Shown here in pieces: positions 30,880 to 39,887 of a stretch of DNA of 48,766 nt (its first letter is position 1; the number at the start of each line of letters is the position of its first letter). The notes under the pieces are model-generated. The model was not told where the DNA came from, ran no database searches, and saw nothing but the letters and a program-made list of their open reading frames with translations. The stretch spans positions 1 to 48,766 of the forward strand of contig JABLTJ010000025.1 of assembly GCA_013166775.1 (NCBI GenBank). The letters are read 5' to 3'. The stretch comes from Promethearchaeati archaeon (GTDB lineage: Archaea > Asgardarchaeota > Heimdallarchaeia > Heimdallarchaeales > Heimdallarchaeaceae). Made by a program: the position numbers and the translations under genes.

Positions 30880-30956
30880 GGGTTATTAGCTCAGCTAGGT
30901 AGAGCAGCAGGCTTTTAACCTGATGGCCGCCGGTTCAAATCCGGCATAACCCGCCA
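30880..30956 (+). tRNA. tRNA-Lys(UUU), intronless, CCA encoded
   Basis: GGGTTAT/ATAACCC acceptor, anticodon TTT at 30914-30916, T-arm GCCGG-TTCAAAT-CCGGC. Confidence 0.96.
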
Positions 30957-31122
30957 TTATATCTTTAAGTCCTAGCTTTTCTTGAAAGAATTTATAATTA
31001 TAGTCATTTTTTGTAAATCATGGATTTAGTTACAGAGATACTAGAAGCATGTGATGAATTTGGGAATTTTAGATCGTTTGCATATATGAGACCACTTTCT
31101 ATATGGGCAATAAAATGGGCTG

Positions 31123-33132
31123 TTGATAGAAAAGGGGAAGAACAATAACCATTCTTTTTTCTATAAGAACAGATTCTTTTTATTATATCGGCTCTTTTTT
31201 CAAGAAAAGAAACTTCCTGGTGTTATATTGAGATCCTTTCAACCATTTTCTCAGCAAGGTTTTGCACGAATCTTAGCAGAGACTCGAACACATTTTCCTC
31301 TTTCACCAGGTCTTATTTCAATAGAACAGCTTAAATCAATTGATGGATATTCAGCATTTTTTAATTTCCCATTTCCACCCACATATTCAGACATGGAAAT
31401 TAACGAATATTCTCTAGAATGGAATCTACCTGAGAAGAAGAAAGATAAAGCACTTTTCACTTCATTTACACTTTCCAGTCAGCCATTTTATCCGTCGTAT
31501 ATATCATGTAACATTTCTTCAGATGATTTCACTAACTACGTCGAAACATTTATCTCCCTACCCGAACAACACAAACAGATTTTCACTCTACCTTTATCTT
31601 GGATTGATTCTCCTTTTATTGATGAAGTGATAAAAAAGGATGTTTCATTAATAGTTCTTACAGGATTACCATCTCTTTTTAACAACCAGAGGAAACTAAC
31701 AGAAGCACTAGTATCAATTAGAACAAAGCTTCCCCCAGACATTGCTTTATATCTTCCAGGACATATCTCACCTGAAATCTACTCATTTCTAGTTTATACA
31801 GGTATTGATTTTTTTGATAATTCTATAGCATACTTCACATCAAAGAAAGGATATTTCTTAACATCGAAAGGAACTTTCAGTTTACAAAATCACCCCTCTT
31901 GTTATTGTAAAGATTGTATGTCATCTCCACCTAATATCTTTGGTCACAATGAGATGATACTGAAGAACAATTTAGCAGAGATAAGATTTGCTCTCAACTC
32001 AGGAACGCTTCGATCTTTAGTAGAACAAGATATACATAATTCAGTAACATTCGCTGCAGCTCTTCGTCAAATTGATAGGAACTATTCTTCAGCATTTAGA
32101 CTTCGCACACCTGTTCTCTCATCTTCACCAATCAAATGCATTGGAGAAGAATCGCTTTTCCGACCAGAAATTACTGAATTCAGAGAGAGAGTGAAAAATA
32201 GGTTTGTCCCAGATTCTAATAGTAAAATAATAGTTCTTCTTCCTTGTTCAGCTAGAAAACCCTATTCGTTTTCTCGGTCTCACATGTTTTTTAGAAAAGC
32301 AGTAAAGGAAGGTATTGGTAAATTCAGAAGCATCTTATCGGAACTTATCATAACATCACCTCTTGCAGTAGTTCCTCGAGAGCTTGAAAGTATTTATCCT
32401 GCTAAATCCTATGATATTCCTGTAGCTGGTCTATGGAATAACGAGGAAATCGAAGTGACATCTTCTTTATTGTTGGAAATCCTTTCAAAATATAGTAGTG
32501 ATACTACAATCATAAATCATACATATGGAGAAGGATATAGCAATATTATTGAAACTATAAGAACTGAAATTCCCAACAGGATACTATCCACATCACAAGA
32601 ATCTTCTCCTACAAGTAATGAATCCCTATCAAACCTGACTTTAGCTCTTAAAGAGATTGTTTCAGATTCCCAGAATGTCCAAATACAGGGAAGACCTACT
32701 ATAATGAAACATTTACAAGCTGTTGCGGATTATCAATTTGGGAGAGGGGTAGGGAAAAAACTGTTTAGTGGCATTATTAAAATAAAGGGAAAATATCCTC
32801 GTGACAGGCAAATCTTCAGAGAGAAAGAACATATTGCAAATCTTAGATCAACGGACGGTTTCCTTACGATTCTACCTCAACATGCTCAGGAAATAGTGAG
32901 TCTTTCTTACAATAATTTAGAATTTGGTGATGAACGTGTATCTGGGAGCAATATCTATGCACCAGGTTGTTTAAACGCAGATAAACGTATTCACCCTAAT
33001 GATGATATTCTCGTCGTATTCAATAATCAAGTAATTGCTACAGGAACAGCAGTTGTTTCAGGAGAGGATATGAATAATATGACCTCTGGAATTTTAGCTA
33101 GAGTAAAGAAGAAGCATAAGGTGAAAAAATGA
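31123..33132 (+). CDS. arcS: Archaeosine synthase alpha subunit (TGT-like, DUF5591-like and PUA domains); likely start TTG at 31228
   Basis: LVYTGIDFFD, CYCKDC, LPCSARKPYS.S.SH, TSPLAVVPRELE..YP..YD, DYQFG, C-terminal PUA. Confidence 0.88.
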   Translation: MIEKGKNNNHSFFYKNRFFLLYRLFFQEKKLPGVILRSFQPFSQQGFARILAETRTHFPLSPGLISIEQLKSIDGYSAFFNFPFPPTYSDMEINEYSLEWNLPEKKKDKALFTSFTLSSQPFYPSYISCNISSDDFTNYVETFISLPEQHKQIFTLPLSWIDSPFIDEVIKKDVSLIVLTGLPSLFNNQRKLTEALVSIRTKLPPDIALYLPGHISPEIYSFLVYTGIDFFDNSIAYFTSKKGYFLTSKGTFSLQNHPSCYCKDCMSSPPNIFGHNEMILKNNLAEIRFALNSGTLRSLVEQDIHNSVTFAAALRQIDRNYSSAFRLRTPVLSSSPIKCIGEESLFRPEITEFRERVKNRFVPDSNSKIIVLLPCSARKPYSFSRSHMFFRKAVKEGIGKFRSILSELIITSPLAVVPRELESIYPAKSYDIPVAGLWNNEEIEVTSSLLLEILSKYSSDTTIINHTYGEGYSNIIETIRTEIPNRILSTSQESSPTSNESLSNLTLALKEIVSDSQNVQIQGRPTIMKHLQAVADYQFGRGVGKKLFSGIIKIKGKYPRDRQIFREKEHIANLRSTDGFLTILPQHAQEIVSLSYNNLEFGDERVSGSNIYAPGCLNADKRIHPNDDILVVFNNQVIATGTAVVSGEDMNNMTSGILARVKKKHKVKK

Positions 33133-34202
33133 AAATTAATAAATCCTTAGCAGAAGAAATTCTGAAAATTCGAGAATCTACTCTACCAACACGCAAGCAT
33201 TCTAGAAAGGTTACTCATTGGAAAGAAAATCATCGTCTTCGTTCCGGAGAGGGTGAAGCATTAGTTTTTATTCTTCCAACAAAAGGATGTTCTTGGGCAC
33301 TGGCAAAAAGCGGTGGTTGTTCAATCTGTGGTTATATCTACGATAATCCGCAAGAATCTAATTTTGATATGATAGTATCTTCCATTAAAAATACATTAAG
33401 AAGAACAATAGAAGAAGGAAAATTTTCGATAAAGGTCTTTACTAGTGGGAGTTTCTTAGATGAGAGAGAATTACCATTAGAAATTCAAACAAGCATAATT
33501 CAAGAAATAGCAAAGTATGATCAAATTGAAGAAGTTGTTCTTGAATCTAGGCCAGAGTACATAACTGATAAAATCTTGCAGAATCTAGCTAAAAATATTG
33601 AAATGAGTAAAATCGAGATTGCTATTGGTTTAGAAAGTGCCAATAATAGAATATTGAAGAATTCAATCAACAAAGGATTCTTTTGGGAGGATTTTGAAAA
33701 AAGTGCAATAAGAGTTTTGAGTTCTGGTGCCAAGGTAAAACCGTATCTTCTTTTCAAACCACCTTTTGTTTCAGAATATGATTCTATTAAGGATGTTCTT
33801 CAAAGTGTTTCCAAAGTTGTAAGTTTAGGTATTGATACTGTTTCAATAAATGCAATGAGTATTCATAGAGGTACTTTACTTTCTGAGGTTTTTGAAGAGA
33901 AATTATATCGTTCCCCATGGTTATGGTCATTGCACGTAATCTGCAAAGAAATTAAGCAAAAATATCCAGAGATACGAATAATATGTGATATTGTAGCAGG
34001 GGGAAAAGAAAGGGGAGCACATAATTGTGGAACATGTGACAGTGAGATTATTCGTAAAATTCAGAAATTCACGCTAACTCAGAACATTGATGAGCTTGAA
34101 GAGGAGATGTTATGTAATTGCAAAGAAGAATGGAAGAGTTTCCTAGTTTTGGAGAAAATTAATATCTCAGACTATCTTCATGTTCCTTACTTAGAGAAAT
34201 AA
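33129..34202 (+). CDS. Archaeosine biosynthesis radical SAM enzyme RaSEA
   Basis: TKGCSW...GGCSICGY, FTSGSFLD, ESRPEY, IGLESA, RGAHNC; 4-bp overlap with arcS. Confidence 0.9.
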   Translation: MKINKSLAEEILKIRESTLPTRKHSRKVTHWKENHRLRSGEGEALVFILPTKGCSWALAKSGGCSICGYIYDNPQESNFDMIVSSIKNTLRRTIEEGKFSIKVFTSGSFLDERELPLEIQTSIIQEIAKYDQIEEVVLESRPEYITDKILQNLAKNIEMSKIEIAIGLESANNRILKNSINKGFFWEDFEKSAIRVLSSGAKVKPYLLFKPPFVSEYDSIKDVLQSVSKVVSLGIDTVSINAMSIHRGTLLSEVFEEKLYRSPWLWSLHVICKEIKQKYPEIRIICDIVAGGKERGAHNCGTCDSEIIRKIQKFTLTQNIDELEEEMLCNCKEEWKSFLVLEKINISDYLHVPYLEK

Positions 34203-34213
34203 AAGTAATTTTC

Positions 34214-35128
34214 TTATTTACTTTCTTCATATTCCAGGACAACATTCTTAATTCTAATTGCTATTCTCTCAAAAATAGGTTGTAGGAGGACAGGGTCTGC
34301 TGCTTTAGTTGCAACAGCGTACATGAAATTATTTTCGTTTAACGGAACAAAGATGATTTGATATTTTTCCGAAACCTCGATTGCATTTTCTGAATCTTCA
34401 TCTCCCATAAGTTTTAGAATATCTTCTAGAAATTTCTGACAAATACCCAAGGTTTTGTTAACAATTTTTTCACTTAATTGACCGTTTTGAAATCTAAGTA
34501 CTGTATTATTCTCCTTATGTTCAACAAATACTAGATGCTCAATACTTTCCATTGAATTTAGAATATTAAAAGTTACAGCACTTAATTTCTGTTCTTGCGA
34601 TACTTCTTCCTGTATTAATTTATCTTTCTTATCTGCTTTTTTCCCTTTTTTCATTGTTTTTGCAACCAATGCGATTTCATCATATTGCATCGGTAAATCA
34701 ATAAGTTCCATATCGATTAGTACTTCTGAAACAGGGGTAGGGATACTTTCTCTTTCAGCTTTCAGTTGTTCATAATGTTTTATTACTGCCTTAAACAACT
34801 CCTCTACTATTTCAGCGAACACTGCAGAAGCTCCAGCAAAAACTTGTTTAGGATCGTCACTATGAAATTTAGCTCTTGATTTATCTTCAAAAATCTTTGA
34901 TATATCTCCTATCAGTTTGTCAGCGACTTTTTTTTCTTCTAATCCATGAACAAGAACATACGTTATATCTTGGATTTTTATAAAAGAAATCTTTGATTTT
35001 GAAAGTTCAATAGTTCCATTATCAGAGACCTGTGTCTCATCAGCAAATGAACAAATGGCTTTAACTATATTTGCTAGAATTTGCTCATGGCATAATTCCT
35101 TGTTGAATATTCTTTCCTTGTATATCAT
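34214..35128 (-). CDS. Longin-like plus Roadblock-like two-domain protein; N-terminus probably extends to about 35161-35170
   Basis: In-frame upstream IYGFFLGNAEG completes the longin beta1; C-terminal IEHLVFVE..QIIFVPL..FMYAVA..LLQPIFERIA roadblock pattern. Confidence 0.6.
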   Translation of the reverse strand: MIYKERIFNKELCHEQILANIVKAICSFADETQVSDNGTIELSKSKISFIKIQDITYVLVHGLEEKKVADKLIGDISKIFEDKSRAKFHSDDPKQVFAGASAVFAEIVEELFKAVIKHYEQLKAERESIPTPVSEVLIDMELIDLPMQYDEIALVAKTMKKGKKADKKDKLIQEEVSQEQKLSAVTFNILNSMESIEHLVFVEHKENNTVLRFQNGQLSEKIVNKTLGICQKFLEDILKLMGDEDSENAIEVSEKYQIIFVPLNENNFMYAVATKAADPVLLQPIFERIAIRIKNVVLEYEESK

Positions 35129-35389
35129 ACCCTCTGCATTACCAAGAAAGAATCCATATATTGATTCAACGTGTTCAGAAATACTAGTTAATAATGCCTT
35201 TTCCGTTTGTATCTCCTCTTTTACCTTTTTTTACTTAATTCCAACATAAATATTTAGTGTTTGTATGCAGTTAATGGATGAAAATAGGTTTGTTCATTGT
35301 TATTTAAATGGAAGCTTTCTATATGTTTATTATGTAGATAAGATTAGTTCGAATATCCAAAATATAAGGGAAGCAATCTCTAACCAGCT

Positions 35390-37492
35390 GTGATTAAAAT
35401 GGTGGGCAATCAGATTGTTGATAATCTTTCTGAATTCATAAAACTACTTCTAGGTGGGGAGCTTGATGAAGAAAGAAGAAAAAAAACAATACTTCAAAAT
35501 CTGTGTAAAACAATACTTAATACACTTAACCCAGCTATTGTAATTATTAGCCTATATGACCAAGAAAATCAATTCCTCACTCCATTTTTTATGACCGATA
35601 ACAGTTTTGATATGGAAATCCTCAAAACCGAAGTGGATGTATTTGACAGCGATAATCCATACACAGAACTGTTTACAACTTCTAATGCAACATGGTTGAA
35701 AGTTCAAGATCTTTCCAATAAGTTTCCAATAAAGAAAGCACTCAAAGATGCTGGAGTTAGTGAAGTTATCCTAACACCAATTTTATATGATAACAATAGA
35801 ACAATCGGTGTTTTAAACACATTTCTTACTCCAGATACTGTAAGATTAAATGTAGAAAACTATTTTGAAGTAATTAATGATGTTACTCAAATTGCTTCTG
35901 TCATTATCACATCTTGGGTAGAAGAGTATAGTTCTAAGCTAAAACAGAAACAAACTGAATTAGTAGTGGAAATGTCAAATCTGACTTTAGAAACAACTGA
36001 AATTCAAGTGATTTTAAATTCCATTCTACCCAAAGTAGAAAAAAGTACAGGAATTGATGGAATTGGTGTGTTTATCAAAGATGTGAATCAGTTCTCATTA
36101 GTCCAGCATATAGGTTTAAACGATGAAATCGAAAAATACTACTCTTCACCTGATTTAGATATTTCAAATCTACCTTATTATAATACTGCTAATGAAATAA
36201 ACGAGGTAGATTTTGGTCTATTCACTAACCAGTATGGAGTTGTTTTACCTATAGGTTCAACGAATTTGATGCTAGGTTTTCTTTTAGTTTTATCTTCCTC
36301 TTTAGAGAAATTATCTGAATCTAATATTCATGTCCTCAGAATCGTCACAAACCAACTTTTTCTTACTCTTCAAAGAAAAAGATTATTGGATGATATAAGA
36401 CAAATCACTCAAACATCGGAATTCTCATCTTTTCCAATTATTTTAGTCAATAACAAAAACGAAATTATTTACCTTAATAAACAAGCAGAAAAAACTTTCA
36501 ACATTAATCACGATGAATCAATAGGAGTAAAACTAGATTATTCTTTAGAGTTGAATCCCGATAGAGCAAATAGCATTATCCAGAAAACAAGAGAAGTCAT
36601 AGCTAATATAGCAAAAGATACTATGAAATTAGATATTGAAGTTCTTCAAGCTGGAAAAAAAGATACAAGAACATTTTTTGTACAATTATCTCCAACAATA
36701 AACAATTTGACTGGAGAATACTGTGTTGTCCTTTCTTTGGTAGACATTTCAGAAGCAACGAAGCTTCAATCAATAGCTGAAGAGTACTCAAATCGATCTA
36801 GAATGTATTTGAATGTGCTGACACATGATATTTACAATATTTTGTTTGGGATCTCAGGTTATTATGAACTACTGAAAGATAGCATACCAGAAGAAGAGAG
36901 TTCTATTATAGAGAGAGTGAGGATTTTAGTTCGAAGGGGAACAGGCATTGTTCAAGATATTCGTCTATTATCTAATGTTCTTGATATTACTACAGGTGCA
37001 GAATTAAATTTCATACCCTTGAGAATGACTTTAACTAATGTTATAGAAAAGATTGATGAAGAATATTATGACAAGGAAATTAGTATTAATGTTGAAATCC
37101 CTAGTTATGTCAAAGTAATAGGGGGAGCTTTTCTTCATGATATGTTTCTATATGTTGTTTCAAGTCTTGTTCAGAAAACAGAAAGTAAAGAAGTAAAACT
37201 AGAAATTACTGGTAAAGAATTTACAACTGAGGAGGAAAATTATTTTGAGATAGAGTTTATTGATAGAGAGGGGACTCGACCTCAATTGAAAGAAGAGATT
37301 CATAGAGCATTAGATCTTTCTCCATTTGATGAAACTGTAAGAAGACATCTAGGTTTTATGATTGTTAATGAAATTGCCAAGAAATACAATTACCTTGTAA
37401 CTATGGAAGATATAGATCCTTTAGATTGGAAAAAGGGAAACGCAATAAAGATTATAATGCCAATTTCAGTTGAAACTGAAAAAGAAGAATGA
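35390..37492 (+). CDS. GAF-GAF-PAS sensor histidine-kinase-like protein with degenerate ATPase domain
   Basis: Two GAF patterns (TPI...IGVL; LPI...LGFL), PAS (IILVN..IIYLNKQAEK.F), H-box LTHDIYN. Confidence 0.85.
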   Translation: MIKMVGNQIVDNLSEFIKLLLGGELDEERRKKTILQNLCKTILNTLNPAIVIISLYDQENQFLTPFFMTDNSFDMEILKTEVDVFDSDNPYTELFTTSNATWLKVQDLSNKFPIKKALKDAGVSEVILTPILYDNNRTIGVLNTFLTPDTVRLNVENYFEVINDVTQIASVIITSWVEEYSSKLKQKQTELVVEMSNLTLETTEIQVILNSILPKVEKSTGIDGIGVFIKDVNQFSLVQHIGLNDEIEKYYSSPDLDISNLPYYNTANEINEVDFGLFTNQYGVVLPIGSTNLMLGFLLVLSSSLEKLSESNIHVLRIVTNQLFLTLQRKRLLDDIRQITQTSEFSSFPIILVNNKNEIIYLNKQAEKTFNINHDESIGVKLDYSLELNPDRANSIIQKTREVIANIAKDTMKLDIEVLQAGKKDTRTFFVQLSPTINNLTGEYCVVLSLVDISEATKLQSIAEEYSNRSRMYLNVLTHDIYNILFGISGYYELLKDSIPEEESSIIERVRILVRRGTGIVQDIRLLSNVLDITTGAELNFIPLRMTLTNVIEKIDEEYYDKEISINVEIPSYVKVIGGAFLHDMFLYVVSSLVQKTESKEVKLEITGKEFTTEEENYFEIEFIDREGTRPQLKEEIHRALDLSPFDETVRRHLGFMIVNEIAKKYNYLVTMEDIDPLDWKKGNAIKIIMPISVETEKEE

Positions 37493-37508
37493 GATGAGGG
37501 GGAAACAA

Positions 37509-37778
37509 TTAAAGACGTGTAACAAACGTCATTTGAATTGAAGACACAACTTCAAGAGAATTCAGAAAATCTTCTAGCTCATCTTGAGCTCCATCCTCTT
37601 CTGGAATAATAAACTGACCAACAATTCCAATTAGCCCAAAAAACAAAGGTTTCTCTTCAGGATCATTTTGCATTTTAAACCTAGGCGAGAGGTTGTCTCT
37701 TACTTTTTTTTCTAGCTCTTTTGGTGTTGTTTCAGGAGTTTCAGGACGAATTTCATAAACTAATAATACTTCACCCAT
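37509..37778 (-). CDS. ef1b: Translation elongation factor aEF-1 beta
   Basis: MGEVL..I.P..PE, EEKPLFFGL; adjacent to the conserved zinc-ribbon gene. Confidence 0.9.
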   Translation of the reverse strand: MGEVLLVYEIRPETPETTPKELEKKVRDNLSPRFKMQNDPEEKPLFFGLIGIVGQFIIPEEDGAQDELEDFLNSLEVVSSIQMTFVTRL

Positions 37779-37794
37779 AATATCACTTCATTTT

Positions 37795-37986
37795 TTAAGG
37801 TCCTGTAAAACCACATTTTGGACAAGCATATGCATTGGCGAAGAGTCTGCAATCTTTGCATCTTATAATTATTACATCGTTACATTTAGGACACGAGAAT
37901 CGAGTTTCACTCTCTTCGCTAGGGCTTATTATTTTATTGCAACTAGTGCATCTTGGCATGTCAATCATCTTACTCATTGTAATCAC
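37795..37986 (-). CDS. Zinc-ribbon protein (DUF1610/HVO_2753-like)
   Basis: CTSC, FSCPKC, IIRCKDCR, YACPKCGFTGP. Confidence 0.92.
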   Translation of the reverse strand: MITMSKMIDMPRCTSCNKIISPSEESETRFSCPKCNDVIIIRCKDCRLFANAYACPKCGFTGP

Positions 37987-38138
37987 AATTTAATGTCTAT
38001 AGAGTTAGGTTTAGGTTAGTGTTTTAAGCTTTTTGACTTGTTATATTTTCGATTCTTAACTCAAGGGAAATTATTTTCCACCTTCCGACAAAGAAATTCT
38101 TATAACTATGATTTGCACAGCTTTATTAAGAAACTTAA

Positions 38139-39320
38139 GTGTTTTACAAAAGGAAGATACTAATGAGTGGATATTCTCCAACCTGGACAAACAAAGGCAG
38201 TGATAAATTACGAGCTCTTCAAGTAACTAAAATACTAATGAATTCCTTGAAGAGAATAATCTCATCATTTGATACTTCGAAAAAAGAGACAGAAGATATT
38301 ATAGTTACCGCGATTGCAGGTGTTGTTTATAACAATTTTACACCACACAGAGATTTATCAATAGAAGAACAATATGATCTTCTAGTAGAAGTACTAGGGT
38401 GGAAAAATCTATCCATAGAAAAGCAAGATGAAAATGCCATAATTCAATTAGGAGCTAATAGATTTGTATCTTCTGATACTAAAGATCTTACTTACATACT
38501 AATTGTTACGGGAATCATGAAAGCACTTGGCTACTTTTTGTTTGATTCCAATGTGATGGTAGAGACCATCCCAAGCCAATTTCAATCACAACAATTACAA
38601 ATGGTAATTCAAAAAATTGATCAACCAATACCATCTATTGGAGAAGAAATAATTCCAATCGAAGCCACTGAAGTTTCTCCAATAGTTGCAGAACAAATTC
38701 AAAAAACTGTTAGTGAAGCAACAAAACCACTCTTGTCTGTAGAGGATGAAGAAATTAAACCAAGTATTGATCTTGAATTGGAAACTGTCTTTTCTCCAAT
38801 ACTGCAGAACTATCCAGTTTCTATTCTATTACCTATTTTTCATCAAGTTTTAGCAGAGATTTCTACTACTTTCTTTGGCGATATTGAAGATAATAATGTG
38901 AAGAAAGCAAAAGCTGAATTTACAGAGTTACACATACGATTTCTTATAGAATTCCTACTCATAAACATTAGAGATTCGGAACAGGATATAAGAGAGATTT
39001 CAGTTATGATTGGTCAATATATAATCAAAGCTCTCAAAGCTAAATCGGATGAAGATCTGACAAAATATTTACCAGAAGATATCAAAGCATCAGTATCCAG
39101 AAGAGTTGCTTATGTAGAATTCCCTGCTAGAGGATATTGTACTTATGCTCCAGGAGAAAAATGTGTAGAAGGTAAGAGAGACTTATGTGATTTCGTTCTA
39201 TATATGTGGGAAGGTTTTCTTCAAATCTTATTACCAGAAAAGAATTTTAAAGTTGGGGAACGGATACCTGCTACTCGAAGAGGAAATTTCTGTTTAGTTG
39301 AATTCTTAAAAAATGAATAA
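38139..39320 (+). CDS. Protein with two V4R/Bet3-like domains
   Basis: N-terminal LGW..L.I..N.F..IVTGIMKAL; C-terminal IG...C..LCDF..WEGFL...FC.VEF; Pro/Glu-rich linker. Confidence 0.55.
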   Translation: MFYKRKILMSGYSPTWTNKGSDKLRALQVTKILMNSLKRIISSFDTSKKETEDIIVTAIAGVVYNNFTPHRDLSIEEQYDLLVEVLGWKNLSIEKQDENAIIQLGANRFVSSDTKDLTYILIVTGIMKALGYFLFDSNVMVETIPSQFQSQQLQMVIQKIDQPIPSIGEEIIPIEATEVSPIVAEQIQKTVSEATKPLLSVEDEEIKPSIDLELETVFSPILQNYPVSILLPIFHQVLAEISTTFFGDIEDNNVKKAKAEFTELHIRFLIEFLLINIRDSEQDIREISVMIGQYIIKALKAKSDEDLTKYLPEDIKASVSRRVAYVEFPARGYCTYAPGEKCVEGKRDLCDFVLYMWEGFLQILLPEKNFKVGERIPATRRGNFCLVEFLKNE

Positions 39321-39368
39321 CTAGAAAGATTTTAAACTGCTAGGTATAATTCATGCTAGGGTGAAATT

Positions 39369-39833
39369 ATGGGTAGACGTGTAGTCAAGAAAGTTTACAG
39401 GAATACATACGCCAGAGGACAGCAAGATACAAAGGAATTTGATGACAGATATTGGATTAAAGTAGACTTAATATCTTTAAAAGTTCTTGAAGATCGAGAT
39501 TTACTTGGAAATGAATCGGAATTATATTTTAGAATAGGACAAAGACCTCATTACAGTTCAAGAGTACCAAACAAAGGAACTATCAATCTTGAGAAAAACG
39601 AGGTTTACAAACCACAAGAAGGTTTGACGCTCTATACTGAATTTGTCAAAGCACCAGAGGGAGGAGTTGTTAATGTGCCTTTTCATCTCTTTGAGCGAGA
39701 TCCTGGAAAGAATGACGATGAAATCTTTGAACATGATTTAGCAGTTCCCCTTGGTTCTTCTGATTATAAGGTAATTACGCAAAATTCAGTTAAAGTCAAA
39801 TTGAAATTATCAGGTCTTAGATCAAGATATTAA
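39369..39833 (+). CDS. Stand-alone C2-like beta-sandwich protein
   Basis: IKVDL..LEDRDLLGNESELYF and FHLFERDPGKNDDEI match the C2 calcium-loop patterns D..G.SDPY and D.D...DD.I; GGTGA SD. Confidence 0.6.
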   Translation: MGRRVVKKVYRNTYARGQQDTKEFDDRYWIKVDLISLKVLEDRDLLGNESELYFRIGQRPHYSSRVPNKGTINLEKNEVYKPQEGLTLYTEFVKAPEGGVVNVPFHLFERDPGKNDDEIFEHDLAVPLGSSDYKVITQNSVKVKLKLSGLRSRY

Positions 39834-39840
39834 ATTGCTT

Positions 39841-39859
39841 TTCTGCTGCATCAGCAGAA
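39841..39859. terminator. Hairpin between convergent genes
   Basis: TTCTGCTG-CAT-CAGCAGAA. Confidence 0.45.
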
Positions 39860-39887
39860 GAACATTCAGTTTTTTCATAATTGTTAT

